A model generated the notes under the pieces. That model saw only the letters and a list, made by a program, of their open reading frames with translations. It did no database searches and was not told the origin of the DNA. A program made the position numbers and the translations under genes. A DNA stretch of 64,000 bases from Caldilineales bacterium. GTDB lineage: Bacteria > Chloroflexota > Anaerolineae > J102. Location of the stretch: NCBI GenBank assembly GCA_037443945.1, contig JBBINH010000001.1, positions 5,965 to 69,964 on the forward strand, in the 5' to 3' direction. Shown piece by piece: positions 48,306-57,503 of this stretch. Position 1 is the first letter of the stretch; each line of letters opens with the position of its first letter.

Positions 48306-49015
48306 TCTGAGCTCTTTGGAACGGCGGGTCGGGATGTGATGGCGAAGGGATTGCCGTGGTCTTGGGCGGCCCTCCACAGTTGGGCTAAAGCCATCTGGAT
48401 AGCAGCGTGGGCTTGGGGGTCGCGGGTGGTCAGTGCCAGCGCCTGATACTCGGCCTCATCCAACAGCCGGGGCGCACCGTGCGCCGGTATCCACAGGTCC
48501 AGGGCCACATCCCGCCAGATCAGACGCGGCGGTTCGATCTGAACGTCAACAGGATAGGTAAAGTTGACATAATAGCCCTTGCAGACACAGGCCAAACCGG
48601 CCTCGCGGCAAAACGAGATGGGGATATCGGCCACGCGCAGCCGCCGATGCAGACGCAGCCAGCGCGTTATCGGTTCCAGCGGAGACCATGACAGGGGCAG
48701 ATGGCTGCCGTCGTAGAGGGCGAAGATGTTGTAGTAGCGGTGCCGATAAAAGGTCTCGAACAAGAGGTCGCCCTGGCTAAATGTGACATACGGCATGACC
48801 AATGTCGGCCTGGTCCAGCGGGCCAACACGACCACGGCCGCATCGACGGCCAATAGCCAACCCTCATAGCTCGTCACGATGTGGCCCTCGATATCGGCCT
48901 TATGAACGGTTATCGCCTGGGCAACCGGTGACAGGTCGACTTCCTCGGCGGCAGGGTCATTTGGGAAATCGGCGTCGGGCTTGGGAAATTTGGGTAAGCC
49001 ATTTGACACGAACAT
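48302..49015 (-). CDS. DUF402-family protein
   Basis: FYRHRYYNIF, YYVNF, RDVALDLW, LLDEAEY; stop overlaps the PBP start. The true start is probably downstream of 49015, which lies in the lexA promoter. Confidence 0.75.
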   Translation of the reverse strand: MFVSNGLPKFPKPDADFPNDPAAEEVDLSPVAQAITVHKADIEGHIVTSYEGWLLAVDAAVVVLARWTRPTLVMPYVTFSQGDLLFETFYRHRYYNIFALYDGSHLPLSWSPLEPITRWLRLHRRLRVADIPISFCREAGLACVCKGYYVNFTYPVDVQIEPPRLIWRDVALDLWIPAHGAPRLLDEAEYQALALTTRDPQAHAAIQMALAQLWRAAQDHGNPFAITSRPAVPKSSE

Positions 49016-49054
49016 TTGTTCCGGTTATACTGGGTTCGACTCGAACAAAATTTC
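49003..49054 (+). promoter_or_regulatory. lexA promoter with two SOS boxes
   Basis: TTGACA (49003-08)-N17-TATACT (49026-31); GAAC-ATTT-GTTC (49010-21) in the spacer; GAAC-AAAA-TTTC (49043-54). Confidence 0.88.
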
Positions 49055-49076
49055 TGTTTTTGTCCAGAGAGTGGCC

Positions 49077-49760
49077 ATGAAACTCCGACCCCGCCAACAA
49101 CACATGCTTGATTTTATCCGACGCTACTGGAAAGAGCACGGTTATCCGCCGACCCTGCGCGAGATCGGCGCCGCCGTGGGCATCTCCTCGACCTCGGTGG
49201 TCAATTACAACCTCGAACGGTTGGAGGCCATGGGCTTTCTCGTGCGCCATCGCGAGACCTCGCGCGGCTTGCGTCTGATCGAAGGGGAGCCAGAGGAGAA
49301 CAGGGCTGCGCCAGAACCCGCGGTATCGGATGCGGGGGCTGCAGTTCGCGCCGTTCCGTTTTATGGCGCCATTGCCGCCGGTCTGCCCATCGCCGTACCC
49401 GATGATCCCACCGCCGTGGTGGAGACGGTGATGGTGCCGGAAATGCTTTTGCCGCGCAGCGGTGAGGCCTTTGCCCTGCGGGTGCGAGGCCATTCGATGG
49501 TGGATGCTCTGGTGGATGACGGGGATATCATCCTTGTGCGCAGTCAGCCTCGGGTCGAACCCGGTGAAATGGCCGTAGTCGAGATCCTGGAACCACCGGA
49601 GCAGGCCGGCGCTACCCTCAAGCGCTTTTACGAGCGCAACGGCTATGTCGAACTGCGGGCAGCCAGCCCCGATCCGGCCTACAAAACCCCCTTTGTCTTG
49701 CGGTCCGACCAGGTGCGCGTGCACGGTAAGGTGGTAGGAGTTTTGCGCCGCTACGATTAG
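49077..49760 (+). CDS. lexA: SOS repressor LexA
   Basis: GYPPTLREIG HTH, IAAG cleavage site, GHSM Ser, TLKRF Lys. Confidence 0.96.
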   Translation: MKLRPRQQHMLDFIRRYWKEHGYPPTLREIGAAVGISSTSVVNYNLERLEAMGFLVRHRETSRGLRLIEGEPEENRAAPEPAVSDAGAAVRAVPFYGAIAAGLPIAVPDDPTAVVETVMVPEMLLPRSGEAFALRVRGHSMVDALVDDGDIILVRSQPRVEPGEMAVVEILEPPEQAGATLKRFYERNGYVELRAASPDPAYKTPFVLRSDQVRVHGKVVGVLRRYD

Positions 49761-49830
49761 GCCGACGAGGGCATCCTTTGGGCTTGAGAGCGCCGACCGA
49801 GGATGATCGGCGAGGGCAACCCAAGCCCGT

Positions 49831-50229
49831 TTACTCCTCAAACGTGTCGTCACCGGCGGTCGTTTCACCGGCCAGTGCCGGCATTTCCTTTTCGATTTCT
49901 TCCGGCGATTGTCCGGATTCCAGCCTGTCAATGACCTCGTCGAACTCCGGGTCCATCTCTTCGCCCAGTTCGTCACTCATCCTCCGCATCAGCCGCGCCA
50001 GGGCGCGCGGGTCCTCCTCATCCAGTCCGTCCAAGAGCGAGGGGTCGGTCATCGCCTCCAGTCGCGCCTCTTCCGAACGTACGACCGCCACGCGCGAGAC
50101 CAGCCGGCGCAGGTCCTGATGGCCGCAGCGCGGACAGGTCGGTGTTGTTGCGGCCGCCAGCGCAAACGTGCGATAGAATAGGCTGACACGGCGACGACAA
50201 TGCGAGCAGTAATAGTCGTAGATCGGCAT
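49831..50229 (-). CDS. FmdB-family zinc-ribbon protein
   Basis: MPIYDYYCSHC...CPRCG...RLVS; acidic C-terminal domain. Confidence 0.85.
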   Translation of the reverse strand: MPIYDYYCSHCRRRVSLFYRTFALAAATTPTCPRCGHQDLRRLVSRVAVVRSEEARLEAMTDPSLLDGLDEEDPRALARLMRRMSDELGEEMDPEFDEVIDRLESGQSPEEIEKEMPALAGETTAGDDTFEE

Positions 50230-50310
50230 GCGGTTTTCTCCTCGGCAAGGAATGGTTCGTTCGCTTAGTATATCCGGACCCTGCAAGCGCTCGAAATCCC
50301 AAACAAAGCC

Positions 50311-50949
50311 ATGAATCCCCCGGTGTCTTCCGACCATTTCGGTGTTCCCGACGAACCACGGCCCGTCGTCATGATCCTGTCCGGGCCATCGGGCGTCGGC
50401 AAAGACGCCGCTCTGGATGCCCTGCGTCAGCTCGGCGTCGATTTTCACCGCGTGGTGACCGTCACCACGCGACCACCGCGGCCCAATGAGGTGAACGGCC
50501 GCGATTATTACTTTGTCAGCCTGGGGACGTTTGCCACCATGATCGAAAACGGCGAGTTGCTCGAATACGCCCAGGTCTATGGCGATTACAAGGGCGTGCC
50601 GAAAAGCGAGATCGCCGCTCCTTTGGCCGCAGGCCGGGATGTCATTATGCGCCTCGATGTTCAGGGCGCGGCGACGATGGCGGCCAAATTGCCCGGTGTC
50701 GTCACCGTCTTCATGACGACGGCGACCGAGGCCGAGATGGTGGAACGTTTGCGCCGTCGGCGCACCGATTCCGAAGAACAGATTGCCATTCGCGTGGCCC
50801 ACGCCCGCCGCGAGCTGGCGGAATTACCCAAGTTCGACTATGCCGTGGTCAATCGCCAGGACCGCATCGAAGAGACGGCGCGCATCCTCTGGGCCATTCT
50901 CACCGCCACACGCGTGAGCACACGCTACCGCCGTGTTGTCGTCCCTTGA
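50311..50949 (+). CDS. gmk: guanylate kinase
   Basis: SGPSGVGKD, TTRPPRPNEVNGRDYYF, LEYAQVYGDYKG. Confidence 0.93.
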   Translation: MNPPVSSDHFGVPDEPRPVVMILSGPSGVGKDAALDALRQLGVDFHRVVTVTTRPPRPNEVNGRDYYFVSLGTFATMIENGELLEYAQVYGDYKGVPKSEIAAPLAAGRDVIMRLDVQGAATMAAKLPGVVTVFMTTATEAEMVERLRRRRTDSEEQIAIRVAHARRELAELPKFDYAVVNRQDRIEETARILWAILTATRVSTRYRRVVVP

Positions 50950-53725
50950 GCGGCAAAGTCCGCCGGCTGCCACCGACGCCTTCCGACTGCGTTATGCCCG
51001 GGTGGCCGTGCTGTTGCCCATTGACTACCGCCTGGCCGCCACCCGTGAGGGGCCGCAGACGTTGGTCGCGGTCGGGAACGAGGCCCAGACCTTTACCTAC
51101 GGCATTCCTCCTGAACAGCGCGGGCTCATCCAGCCCGGTCAGGTCGTGTGGGTGCCTTTTGGCCGCGGGCGGCAGCAAGGGGTGGTCATGGCCCTGAGCG
51201 CCGAAGCCGAGACCCCTCCCGGTATCGACATCAAACCCATAGACGAGCCGGTCAGCCTTCAGCCTCTGCTGACGCCGGTGCACATGGAGCTGGCCCTCTG
51301 GATGAGCCGGCATTATCTGGCACCCTTGAGCGAGTGTTTGCGGCTTCTGTTGCCACCGGGTCTCGGTGCCCGCAGTCAAATCGTCGTCGAGTACGTCAAA
51401 GGCGCGCCCATCCATCCCGACGATCTGACCCCCATCCAACAGGCCCTGCTGTTGCGACTCCGCCGGGGGCCGATGCGGTTGAGCGAGTTGCGTCGTCAGG
51501 ATCGACGCCTGCTCGGCGCCGATGTGCTGGGTGTGTTGCTGGCCAAGGGCTTGGCGCGCTGGCGGGATGTGACGACCGGCCGCGTACCCAAACCCCAAAC
51601 CGAGCGTCGTGTTCGTCTGCTCATCTCGCCTACCACCATCCCGCAAGCCCTGATGGGTCTGGGCCGACCTTCCAAACAGGCAGAAGCCCTCCTATGGCTA
51701 CGTGACCATCCCGAAGTGCGCCTTACTCCCGCCGAGTTGGCTGCCACCGTCGGCGCCACCCCGACCGTAGTCCGGCAGTTGGTGGAAAAAGGGCTGGTGA
51801 CACGCAACGAGACGGGCCACGTCCGGTTGGCTTTATCTGTCGAGGCCGTGCCCGCCGCCGTTGTGACCCTGCGCGGGGCCGAGCGATACCGTCGCGTGGC
51901 AGAGTTCCTGGCACAGGCCGGAGGCGCGGCCGTTTCGCTAAGCCAGGTGTATGCCGAAACCGGGGTCGATGCCGCCACCTTGCGCAAGTTGGCTGCGGCC
52001 GGGATCGTCGGCTTCGAGGAGGTCGAGCTCTGGCGCGACCCCCTGGCCGGCCGGTCCTTTGCGCCGGATACGCCACCCGTGCTGACCGCCGATCAGCAGG
52101 CGGCCTGGGACGTGATCGCCGCCGGCTTGGAGACCTGTCTGCAGGCCCCCGTCCCGGTCTCCGACCCGCCGGTCTATCTCCTGCACGGCGTTACCGGTAG
52201 CGGCAAGACCGAACTCTATCTGCGGGCGCTGGAGCGGGCCCTGGCCGCCGGTCGCCAGGGCATCGTGCTGGTGCCGGAGATCAGCCTGACCCCCCAGACC
52301 ATTCGCCGTTTTGCTGCCCGCTTTCCGGGCCGGGTGGGGGTGTGGCATTCAGGGCTCTCGGAGGGCGAGCGTTTTGATACCTGGCAGCGGGCCCGAGAAG
52401 GCGAACTGAGTATCATCATCGGCTCACGTTCGGCCTTGTTTGTGCCGTTGCCGCAACCCGGCGTTATCGTCCTCGACGAGGAACATGACGCCGCCTATAA
52501 GCAGGAACGAACGCCTCGCTACCATGCCCGCGAGACGGCCATTGCCCTGGCGCGGCTGGTGGGGGCGGTGGTGCTGTTGGGATCGGCAACACCCTCCCTG
52601 GAAAGCATGTTTCAGGCGCGGCGGGGGGCATACCGGCTGGTCTCACTGCCGCGACGGGTCCTGGGGTTCACCTCAACCGCAGAGACCGGCACGATGATGG
52701 CCGAGCTACCGCCAGTACAGATCGTGGATATGCGTGAGGAACTGCGCGCGGGCAATCGTTCGCTGTTCTCGCGACCCCTGGCGACGGCCTTGCAAGCGGT
52801 GCTGAGTCGAGGTGAACAGGCCATCCTGTTCCTCAACCGGCGCGGAGGGGCCAGCTTCGTGCTCTGTCGTGATTGCGGGCATGTGCGGCATTGCCTGCGC
52901 TGTGCTGTGCCCCTAACCCAGCATGGCGACCGTCTGGTCTGCCATCATTGTTACTACACCGAAGCCATGCCGGCGCGCTGTCCCACCTGCGGCAGCCTGC
53001 GCTTCAAGGCGTTCGGCGCCGGTACCGAACGCTTGTTAGAAGCTCTCCAGAGCGAGTTTCCGACGGCGCGGCCCCTGCGCTGGGATCGCGATACCACCGC
53101 CGGCGGTCACGAGCACGAAACCCTCCTGCAGGATTTTCTCGACCATAAGGCCGATGTCCTTGTCGGCACGCAGATGATCGCCAAAGGTCTCGATTTGCCC
53201 CTGGTGACATTGGTAGGGGTGATCAGCGCCGATGTGGGGCTGTTTTTGCCCGATGTGCGTGCGGCCGAGCGCACGTTCCAGGTGTTGACCCAGGTGGCCG
53301 GCCGGGCCGGTCGTTCGGCGCGCGGGGGCCAGGTTATCGTTCAAACCTACCATCCCCGTCATTATGCCATCCTGGCCGCAGCCCGGCACGATTACGAGAC
53401 ATTTTACCGTCAGGAGATGCGCTTTCGTCAGGAGCACGGTTATCCGCCTTATCGGCGTCTCACCCGGTTGCTCTATCTGGATACGAATCCGGAACGCTGC
53501 CAGAAGGAGACAAGACGGGTGGCGGTGCTGTTGGCAGCGCGGGCCCGCGAACTGGGTTTGGAGGATTTCGGTTTGATCGGCCCGGCTCCGGCCTTCTTTG
53601 CCCGCGAGCGCAACCAGTGGCGCTGGCATTTGCTGATTCGCTGCCAGGACCCGGCGACCTTGCTGGCCGGCCTGCGTCTGACTCCCAATTGGCGGATCGA
53701 TGTGGATCCGTTGGATCTGTTATAG
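50933..53725 (+). CDS. priA: primosomal protein N'
   Basis: HGVTGSGKTE, LVPEISLTPQ, DEEHD, GSATPS, FLNRRG, two CxxC pairs, GTQMIAKGLD, QVAGRAGR. Confidence 0.96.
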   Translation: MLSSLERQSPPAATDAFRLRYARVAVLLPIDYRLAATREGPQTLVAVGNEAQTFTYGIPPEQRGLIQPGQVVWVPFGRGRQQGVVMALSAEAETPPGIDIKPIDEPVSLQPLLTPVHMELALWMSRHYLAPLSECLRLLLPPGLGARSQIVVEYVKGAPIHPDDLTPIQQALLLRLRRGPMRLSELRRQDRRLLGADVLGVLLAKGLARWRDVTTGRVPKPQTERRVRLLISPTTIPQALMGLGRPSKQAEALLWLRDHPEVRLTPAELAATVGATPTVVRQLVEKGLVTRNETGHVRLALSVEAVPAAVVTLRGAERYRRVAEFLAQAGGAAVSLSQVYAETGVDAATLRKLAAAGIVGFEEVELWRDPLAGRSFAPDTPPVLTADQQAAWDVIAAGLETCLQAPVPVSDPPVYLLHGVTGSGKTELYLRALERALAAGRQGIVLVPEISLTPQTIRRFAARFPGRVGVWHSGLSEGERFDTWQRAREGELSIIIGSRSALFVPLPQPGVIVLDEEHDAAYKQERTPRYHARETAIALARLVGAVVLLGSATPSLESMFQARRGAYRLVSLPRRVLGFTSTAETGTMMAELPPVQIVDMREELRAGNRSLFSRPLATALQAVLSRGEQAILFLNRRGGASFVLCRDCGHVRHCLRCAVPLTQHGDRLVCHHCYYTEAMPARCPTCGSLRFKAFGAGTERLLEALQSEFPTARPLRWDRDTTAGGHEHETLLQDFLDHKADVLVGTQMIAKGLDLPLVTLVGVISADVGLFLPDVRAAERTFQVLTQVAGRAGRSARGGQVIVQTYHPRHYAILAAARHDYETFYRQEMRFRQEHGYPPYRRLTRLLYLDTNPERCQKETRRVAVLLAARARELGLEDFGLIGPAPAFFARERNQWRWHLLIRCQDPATLLAGLRLTPNWRIDVDPLDLL

Positions 53726-54135
53726 CCGGTAAGCGGTTTTTGCGATAGGTGCGCTCCGGCGTTGTGGGTCCTGCTGCGCGTGACGCCGTTGGTCCTTTCG
53801 GCCGATCGCGCGACTCCAGGTGCGGCCGGCGGCCCCCAGGGCCGCCGGCCGCACCCGCGCGACGCGTGGCGATCCCTCCCAGGGTCGGCGCCGGACCCCG
53901 CCTGCGCCCCCCACGCATGCCGCCGATCGGCGAGGAAAGCGCCTCACCGCGCCGGTTTCCCTCGCCCAGGCTCCGATCTACCCCCCATCCACCACCGGCA
54001 CCGAGGGACCATCGCCCTCCCATGGCACGTCATGCCGGGCGGTCCTTTCCGTCAGCGCGCCCACAGGCCGGTTATCGCTCCGGATGCCGGAGTCGCCGGG
54101 GCATATGGTCTGGACCATGACAATGCGCAACGATT

Positions 54136-54237
54136 GACTCGGTCCTCTCTTTTGTTGGTGAGAACGTTTGAACGTTAGAACGTTTGAACGTTATGCCTGC
54201 CTGCCCCTCTTGCGCCAACACACTCCGGAACCGAGTC
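54136..54237 (+). mobile_element. MITE-like element, copy A (102 bp)
   Basis: Ends GACTCGGTCC / GGAACCGAGTC, flanked by direct repeat CAACGATT (54128-54135, 54238-54245); one more 8-bp internal repeat unit than copy B. Confidence 0.85.
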
Positions 54238-54244
54238 CAACGAT

Positions 54245-54273
54245 TTGACAATGGCCGGCGCTTCTGTTACATT
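54245..54273 (+). promoter_or_regulatory. sigma70 promoter of the cobalamin operon
   Basis: TTGACA (54245-50)-N17-TACATT (54268-73) with a TGn extension. Confidence 0.75.
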
Positions 54274-54298
54274 TCCGACGCTCAACCGATATCTCCCG

Positions 54299-54420
54299 TT
54301 GGCGACTTACATCGCTCCGACGATGGCCGGGGAAGTCCGGTGCGGCCCATCAAGCCAAGGCCGGCGCTGTCCCGCAACTGTAAGGGCTTCGGCCCAAGCC
54401 ACGATACCCGGTGTCGCCAA
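54299..54420 (+). promoter_or_regulatory. cobalamin (B12) riboswitch aptamer
   Basis: GGGAAGTCCGGTG, CCGGCGCTGTCCCGCAACTGTAA, AAGCCACGATACC; closing helix TTGGCGAC/GTCGCCAA. Confidence 0.92.
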
Positions 54421-54472
54421 CGCCACCACCTGCGCGGACAGGCTCGGTGGTTGCAAGGCCTGCAGTCCATGC

Positions 54473-54502
54473 AACCCTCGCCGCCGACGGTGAGGGTTTT
54501 TT
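54473..54502 (+). terminator. riboswitch expression-platform terminator
   Basis: AACCCTCGCCG-CCGA-CGGTGAGGGTT plus T tract; GGTTGC (54449-54) can sequester the 5' arm as an antiterminator. Confidence 0.8.
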
Positions 54503-54549
54503 GTGCCTTCCCCGCCGCATCCTGTCTCGCACGTTCTCCGGAGGCTCCG

Positions 54550-55611
54550 ATGCGGCGATTTGTTTTTCGCTTTCTCCTGTTCCTTTGGCTCCTCAGTTTC
54601 GGTGCAGCGGTCCGTGCCGATGCCGACAGCAGTCTGCCGGTGCGGCGGAACGCCGTCGAGGCGGCCGTTGCCTGGCTACGAACCCTACAGCGACCCGATG
54701 GCAGCGTGGGATCGTTGGGCACCTCGTGCGATGTGGCCTGGCTGGTGGCCCTGGCCGGCCAGAATCCCGATGGACCGGAATGGACGCCGGGCAGCCGTAG
54801 CCTGATGGCGGCCTGTGCCGACGAAGCGCCGACCTTTCTCGCCCGCCGGGATGTCGGTCGCCTGGCCAAGGTCCTGCGCGCCGTGGTGGCGGCGCGGGCG
54901 GTGGGCGCCAACCGCTTTGACCCCCGCGCCTTTGCCGGTATCGACCTGACCGCCGAATTGGAGGCCCGCTACAACCCGGCCACCGGTCTCTACGATGCCA
55001 ACTTCTTCTTCCGCCACTGTCTGGCCGTCCTGGCCCTGGTCGAGGCCGGTCGCCCTCTCCCTCCGGGTGTTGTGAACGGCATCCTGGCCCAACAACGCCC
55101 CGACGGAAGCTGGGGTTGGGCTGTGGACCCCGATCCGAGCGATGGATTCGCCACGCCGGGCGATATTGACACCACCGGTCGCAGCCTGCAAGCCCTGCGC
55201 CGCGCCGGCTTGCCCCTCTACCACCCGGCCTATACCCGGGCGTTGACCTATATCCAAAACCGACAGCATGAGGATGGCGGCTGGGGCCTTATGGACGGTC
55301 CTACGAACACCAACTCGACCGCCGTGGCCGTCGACACCATCATCGCGGCCGGCTGGGACCCGGAGGGGCCGCGCTTCCTTCGCCACGGCAGGACCCCGGT
55401 TGCGGTGCTCCTGAGCATGCAAGAGGCGAGTGGCGCCTTCATCTATCGGCCCGGTGCCGAAGAAAGTCGCCTGTTGGCCACTTATGATGCCATCCCGGCC
55501 CTACTTCAGCCTTATCCCGGCGATGATGAGCTGCCCTTGCGGCTCTATACGCCTCTCATGCGTCTCTCCCATTCCCCCTCTTCCGTGTTCTCCGCAGGAG
55601 GTATCCCATGA
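54550..55611 (+). CDS. secreted prenyltransferase/squalene-cyclase-repeat alpha-barrel protein (transcobalamin alpha-domain-like)
   Basis: Signal peptide MRRFVFRFLL..AVRA; QW-type repeats LQRPDGS, QQRPDGSWG, RQHEDGGWG, MQEASGAF. Confidence 0.8.
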   Translation: MRRFVFRFLLFLWLLSFGAAVRADADSSLPVRRNAVEAAVAWLRTLQRPDGSVGSLGTSCDVAWLVALAGQNPDGPEWTPGSRSLMAACADEAPTFLARRDVGRLAKVLRAVVAARAVGANRFDPRAFAGIDLTAELEARYNPATGLYDANFFFRHCLAVLALVEAGRPLPPGVVNGILAQQRPDGSWGWAVDPDPSDGFATPGDIDTTGRSLQALRRAGLPLYHPAYTRALTYIQNRQHEDGGWGLMDGPTNTNSTAVAVDTIIAAGWDPEGPRFLRHGRTPVAVLLSMQEASGAFIYRPGAEESRLLATYDAIPALLQPYPGDDELPLRLYTPLMRLSHSPSSVFSAGGIP

Positions 55612-56108
55612 TCCGACGTCGTTTCCTTGCTCTGCTGCTCTCGTTTGTACTTCTGGCGCTGATCGCGGCCGCAGCATGGGCCCAGGAGACCACCAAGCGC
55701 GTGGCCTTGGTGATCCAGCTCCCCGACTACGTCTACTCCGAAATCGTCACCGTACCGGTTGAGGCTACCACGGCCGACGTGCTGGAGGCAGCCCTCATCC
55801 CGGTGGGCATGGCCGAGTTTAGCTGGGGTAAGGCCGTTTGCAACCTCGGCGGCGTTGGTAATCCGGTGGACAATTGTTTCGCCGATCCCAACAATTTCTG
55901 GGCCTACTACCATCTTGTGGATAAGGCCTGGGTGGCTTCCAATGTCGGTGTCAGCAACTTTATCCCTGCCGATCAGGCCGTTGAGGGCTTTGCCTGGTCG
56001 GGTTTTGACGCCGATTTCAATCCCACGGTCCGGCCACCGGTGATGACGTTTGCCCAGGTCGAGAGGGAACAATTTGTACCCATTTTCCTCCCCTACGTCC
56101 GGCGCTGA
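55608..56108 (+). CDS. secreted DUF4430 / transcobalamin beta-domain-like protein
   Basis: Signal peptide; SWGKAVCNLGG..FWAYY..SNVGVSNFIP.D..VEGFAW pattern. Confidence 0.72.
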   Translation: MIRRRFLALLLSFVLLALIAAAAWAQETTKRVALVIQLPDYVYSEIVTVPVEATTADVLEAALIPVGMAEFSWGKAVCNLGGVGNPVDNCFADPNNFWAYYHLVDKAWVASNVGVSNFIPADQAVEGFAWSGFDADFNPTVRPPVMTFAQVEREQFVPIFLPYVRR

Positions 56109-56157
56109 GGCAGCCGAACCCAAGAAGCCACCACGGCCATCGGCGGCAACCCCGGCC

Positions 56158-57483
56158 ATGGGACGACGGCTGGCTCTGCTTCTGATCGGTCTGGTGTTGG
56201 TGGCGGCTCTTGGCCGCTCACCGGGACGCGCCCAAGGCCCAAATCGAGCCGGCCTGGTCGTCCGTTTCGGCAACGGGAATGCCCTGGCCCAGTGTGTCGC
56301 TTTCGACGAGCAGCGCATCACCGGGTGGGATTTGTTGCAGCGTTCGGGACTGTCCGTCATCGGCGAACCGGGAATGATGGGCGTGGCCGTCTGCAAAATC
56401 GGCGATCCCTACAACCAGGATGGCTGTGATTTCCCCCGCGAAGACTGTTTCTGTCAGTGCCTGACGCCCGGAAGCGGTCCTTGCCGTTACTGGGCCTATT
56501 ACCAACTGGTCGACGGGCGCTGGCAATATTCCAATGTGGGCGCGGCGGGCCGCATCATCACCCACGGCGCCGTGGACGGCTGGGCCTGGGGCCTGGGCGA
56601 AGTCAACGGTTCGACCGTTGAACCGCCTTTGCTGAGCTTCGAGCAGATTTGCCCGGTCGAACAGCCGCCCACGGCCACGCCTTCGCCGACGCCGACCGCA
56701 TCGCCGACCCCCACCATGACGGCCACGCCCACCCCAGGCACGGCGACGCCGACTCCCACGAGCACGGCCACACCGACGCGGACGGCAACGCCCACGCTCA
56801 CCCCAACCGGCACGGCCACGCCCACATCGATTGTTTCCCCCACGACGGCTCCCACCGTCCCCACGGCAACGCTTGTTCCTACGACCACACCCACGCCCAC
56901 CCCTGCCGCCATCCGCATGACCCTCTCGCTGCGCCCCGAACGCATCGTGGCCGGCGAATGTGCCACGCTGAGCTGGCAGGTCGTGGGCGCCGACGCCGTC
57001 TTTTTGCAGATAGGCGAGGCTGCCGAACAACCCGTGTCGCCTTCCTCGGCACTGAGTGTCTGTCCGGTGGTCGAGACTCTCTATAGCCTGCGCGCCGTGG
57101 CCGCCGAGCAGCAGGATCGTCGCACGGCCATCCTGGAGGTGGTGGAACCGGAACCCACGCCCGCTTCTACCCCGACACCCCCAACGGCTCCTTCGACGGA
57201 AGAGACTCCCATCCCAACGCCGACGTCGGCGGTGACGGCGACGCCGACAATGTCGGTTGTGGCCGTTTTGACGACGCCCACGGCGCCGGTCATAACCACT
57301 TCGGCGACACCGACGGCCGGTATCATCGCCCGGCCGGGGCCCCTCTTCACGCCGGCGGTTCCGGCGGCGAGCACCGGCAATCCGGCGCGGTTGTTCGTCA
57401 GCCTCGGCCTTTTTGCCCTTGTCCTGGCCGGTCTGTTGGCCGCAGGGGCATGGGCTCTGCGACGCCAGCGTCAACTCCGATAA
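56158..57483 (+). CDS. membrane-anchored DUF4430-like protein with PT-rich stalk and Ig-like domain
   Basis: Signal peptide; paralogous beta domain (GVAVCKIG..YWAYYQLVDGRWQYSNVG..AVDGWAW); TPT repeats; C-terminal TM plus RRQRQLR. Confidence 0.75.
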   Translation: MGRRLALLLIGLVLVAALGRSPGRAQGPNRAGLVVRFGNGNALAQCVAFDEQRITGWDLLQRSGLSVIGEPGMMGVAVCKIGDPYNQDGCDFPREDCFCQCLTPGSGPCRYWAYYQLVDGRWQYSNVGAAGRIITHGAVDGWAWGLGEVNGSTVEPPLLSFEQICPVEQPPTATPSPTPTASPTPTMTATPTPGTATPTPTSTATPTRTATPTLTPTGTATPTSIVSPTTAPTVPTATLVPTTTPTPTPAAIRMTLSLRPERIVAGECATLSWQVVGADAVFLQIGEAAEQPVSPSSALSVCPVVETLYSLRAVAAEQQDRRTAILEVVEPEPTPASTPTPPTAPSTEETPIPTPTSAVTATPTMSVVAVLTTPTAPVITTSATPTAGIIARPGPLFTPAVPAASTGNPARLFVSLGLFALVLAGLLAAGAWALRRQRQLR

Positions 57484-57503
57484 GGGGCCGATTGGCAGCG
57501 ACC

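Noticed and set aside
49032-49046. tRNA T-loop-like GGTTCGA
   Set aside because: No cloverleaf or acceptor stem; lies inside the lexA promoter
53725-54120. RNase P RNA, tmRNA or glycine riboswitch
   Set aside because: Lacks GAGGAAAGUCC/P4 pairing, tRNA-like ends and the GCCGAAG/CUCAGG motifs; kept only as an unassigned structured region
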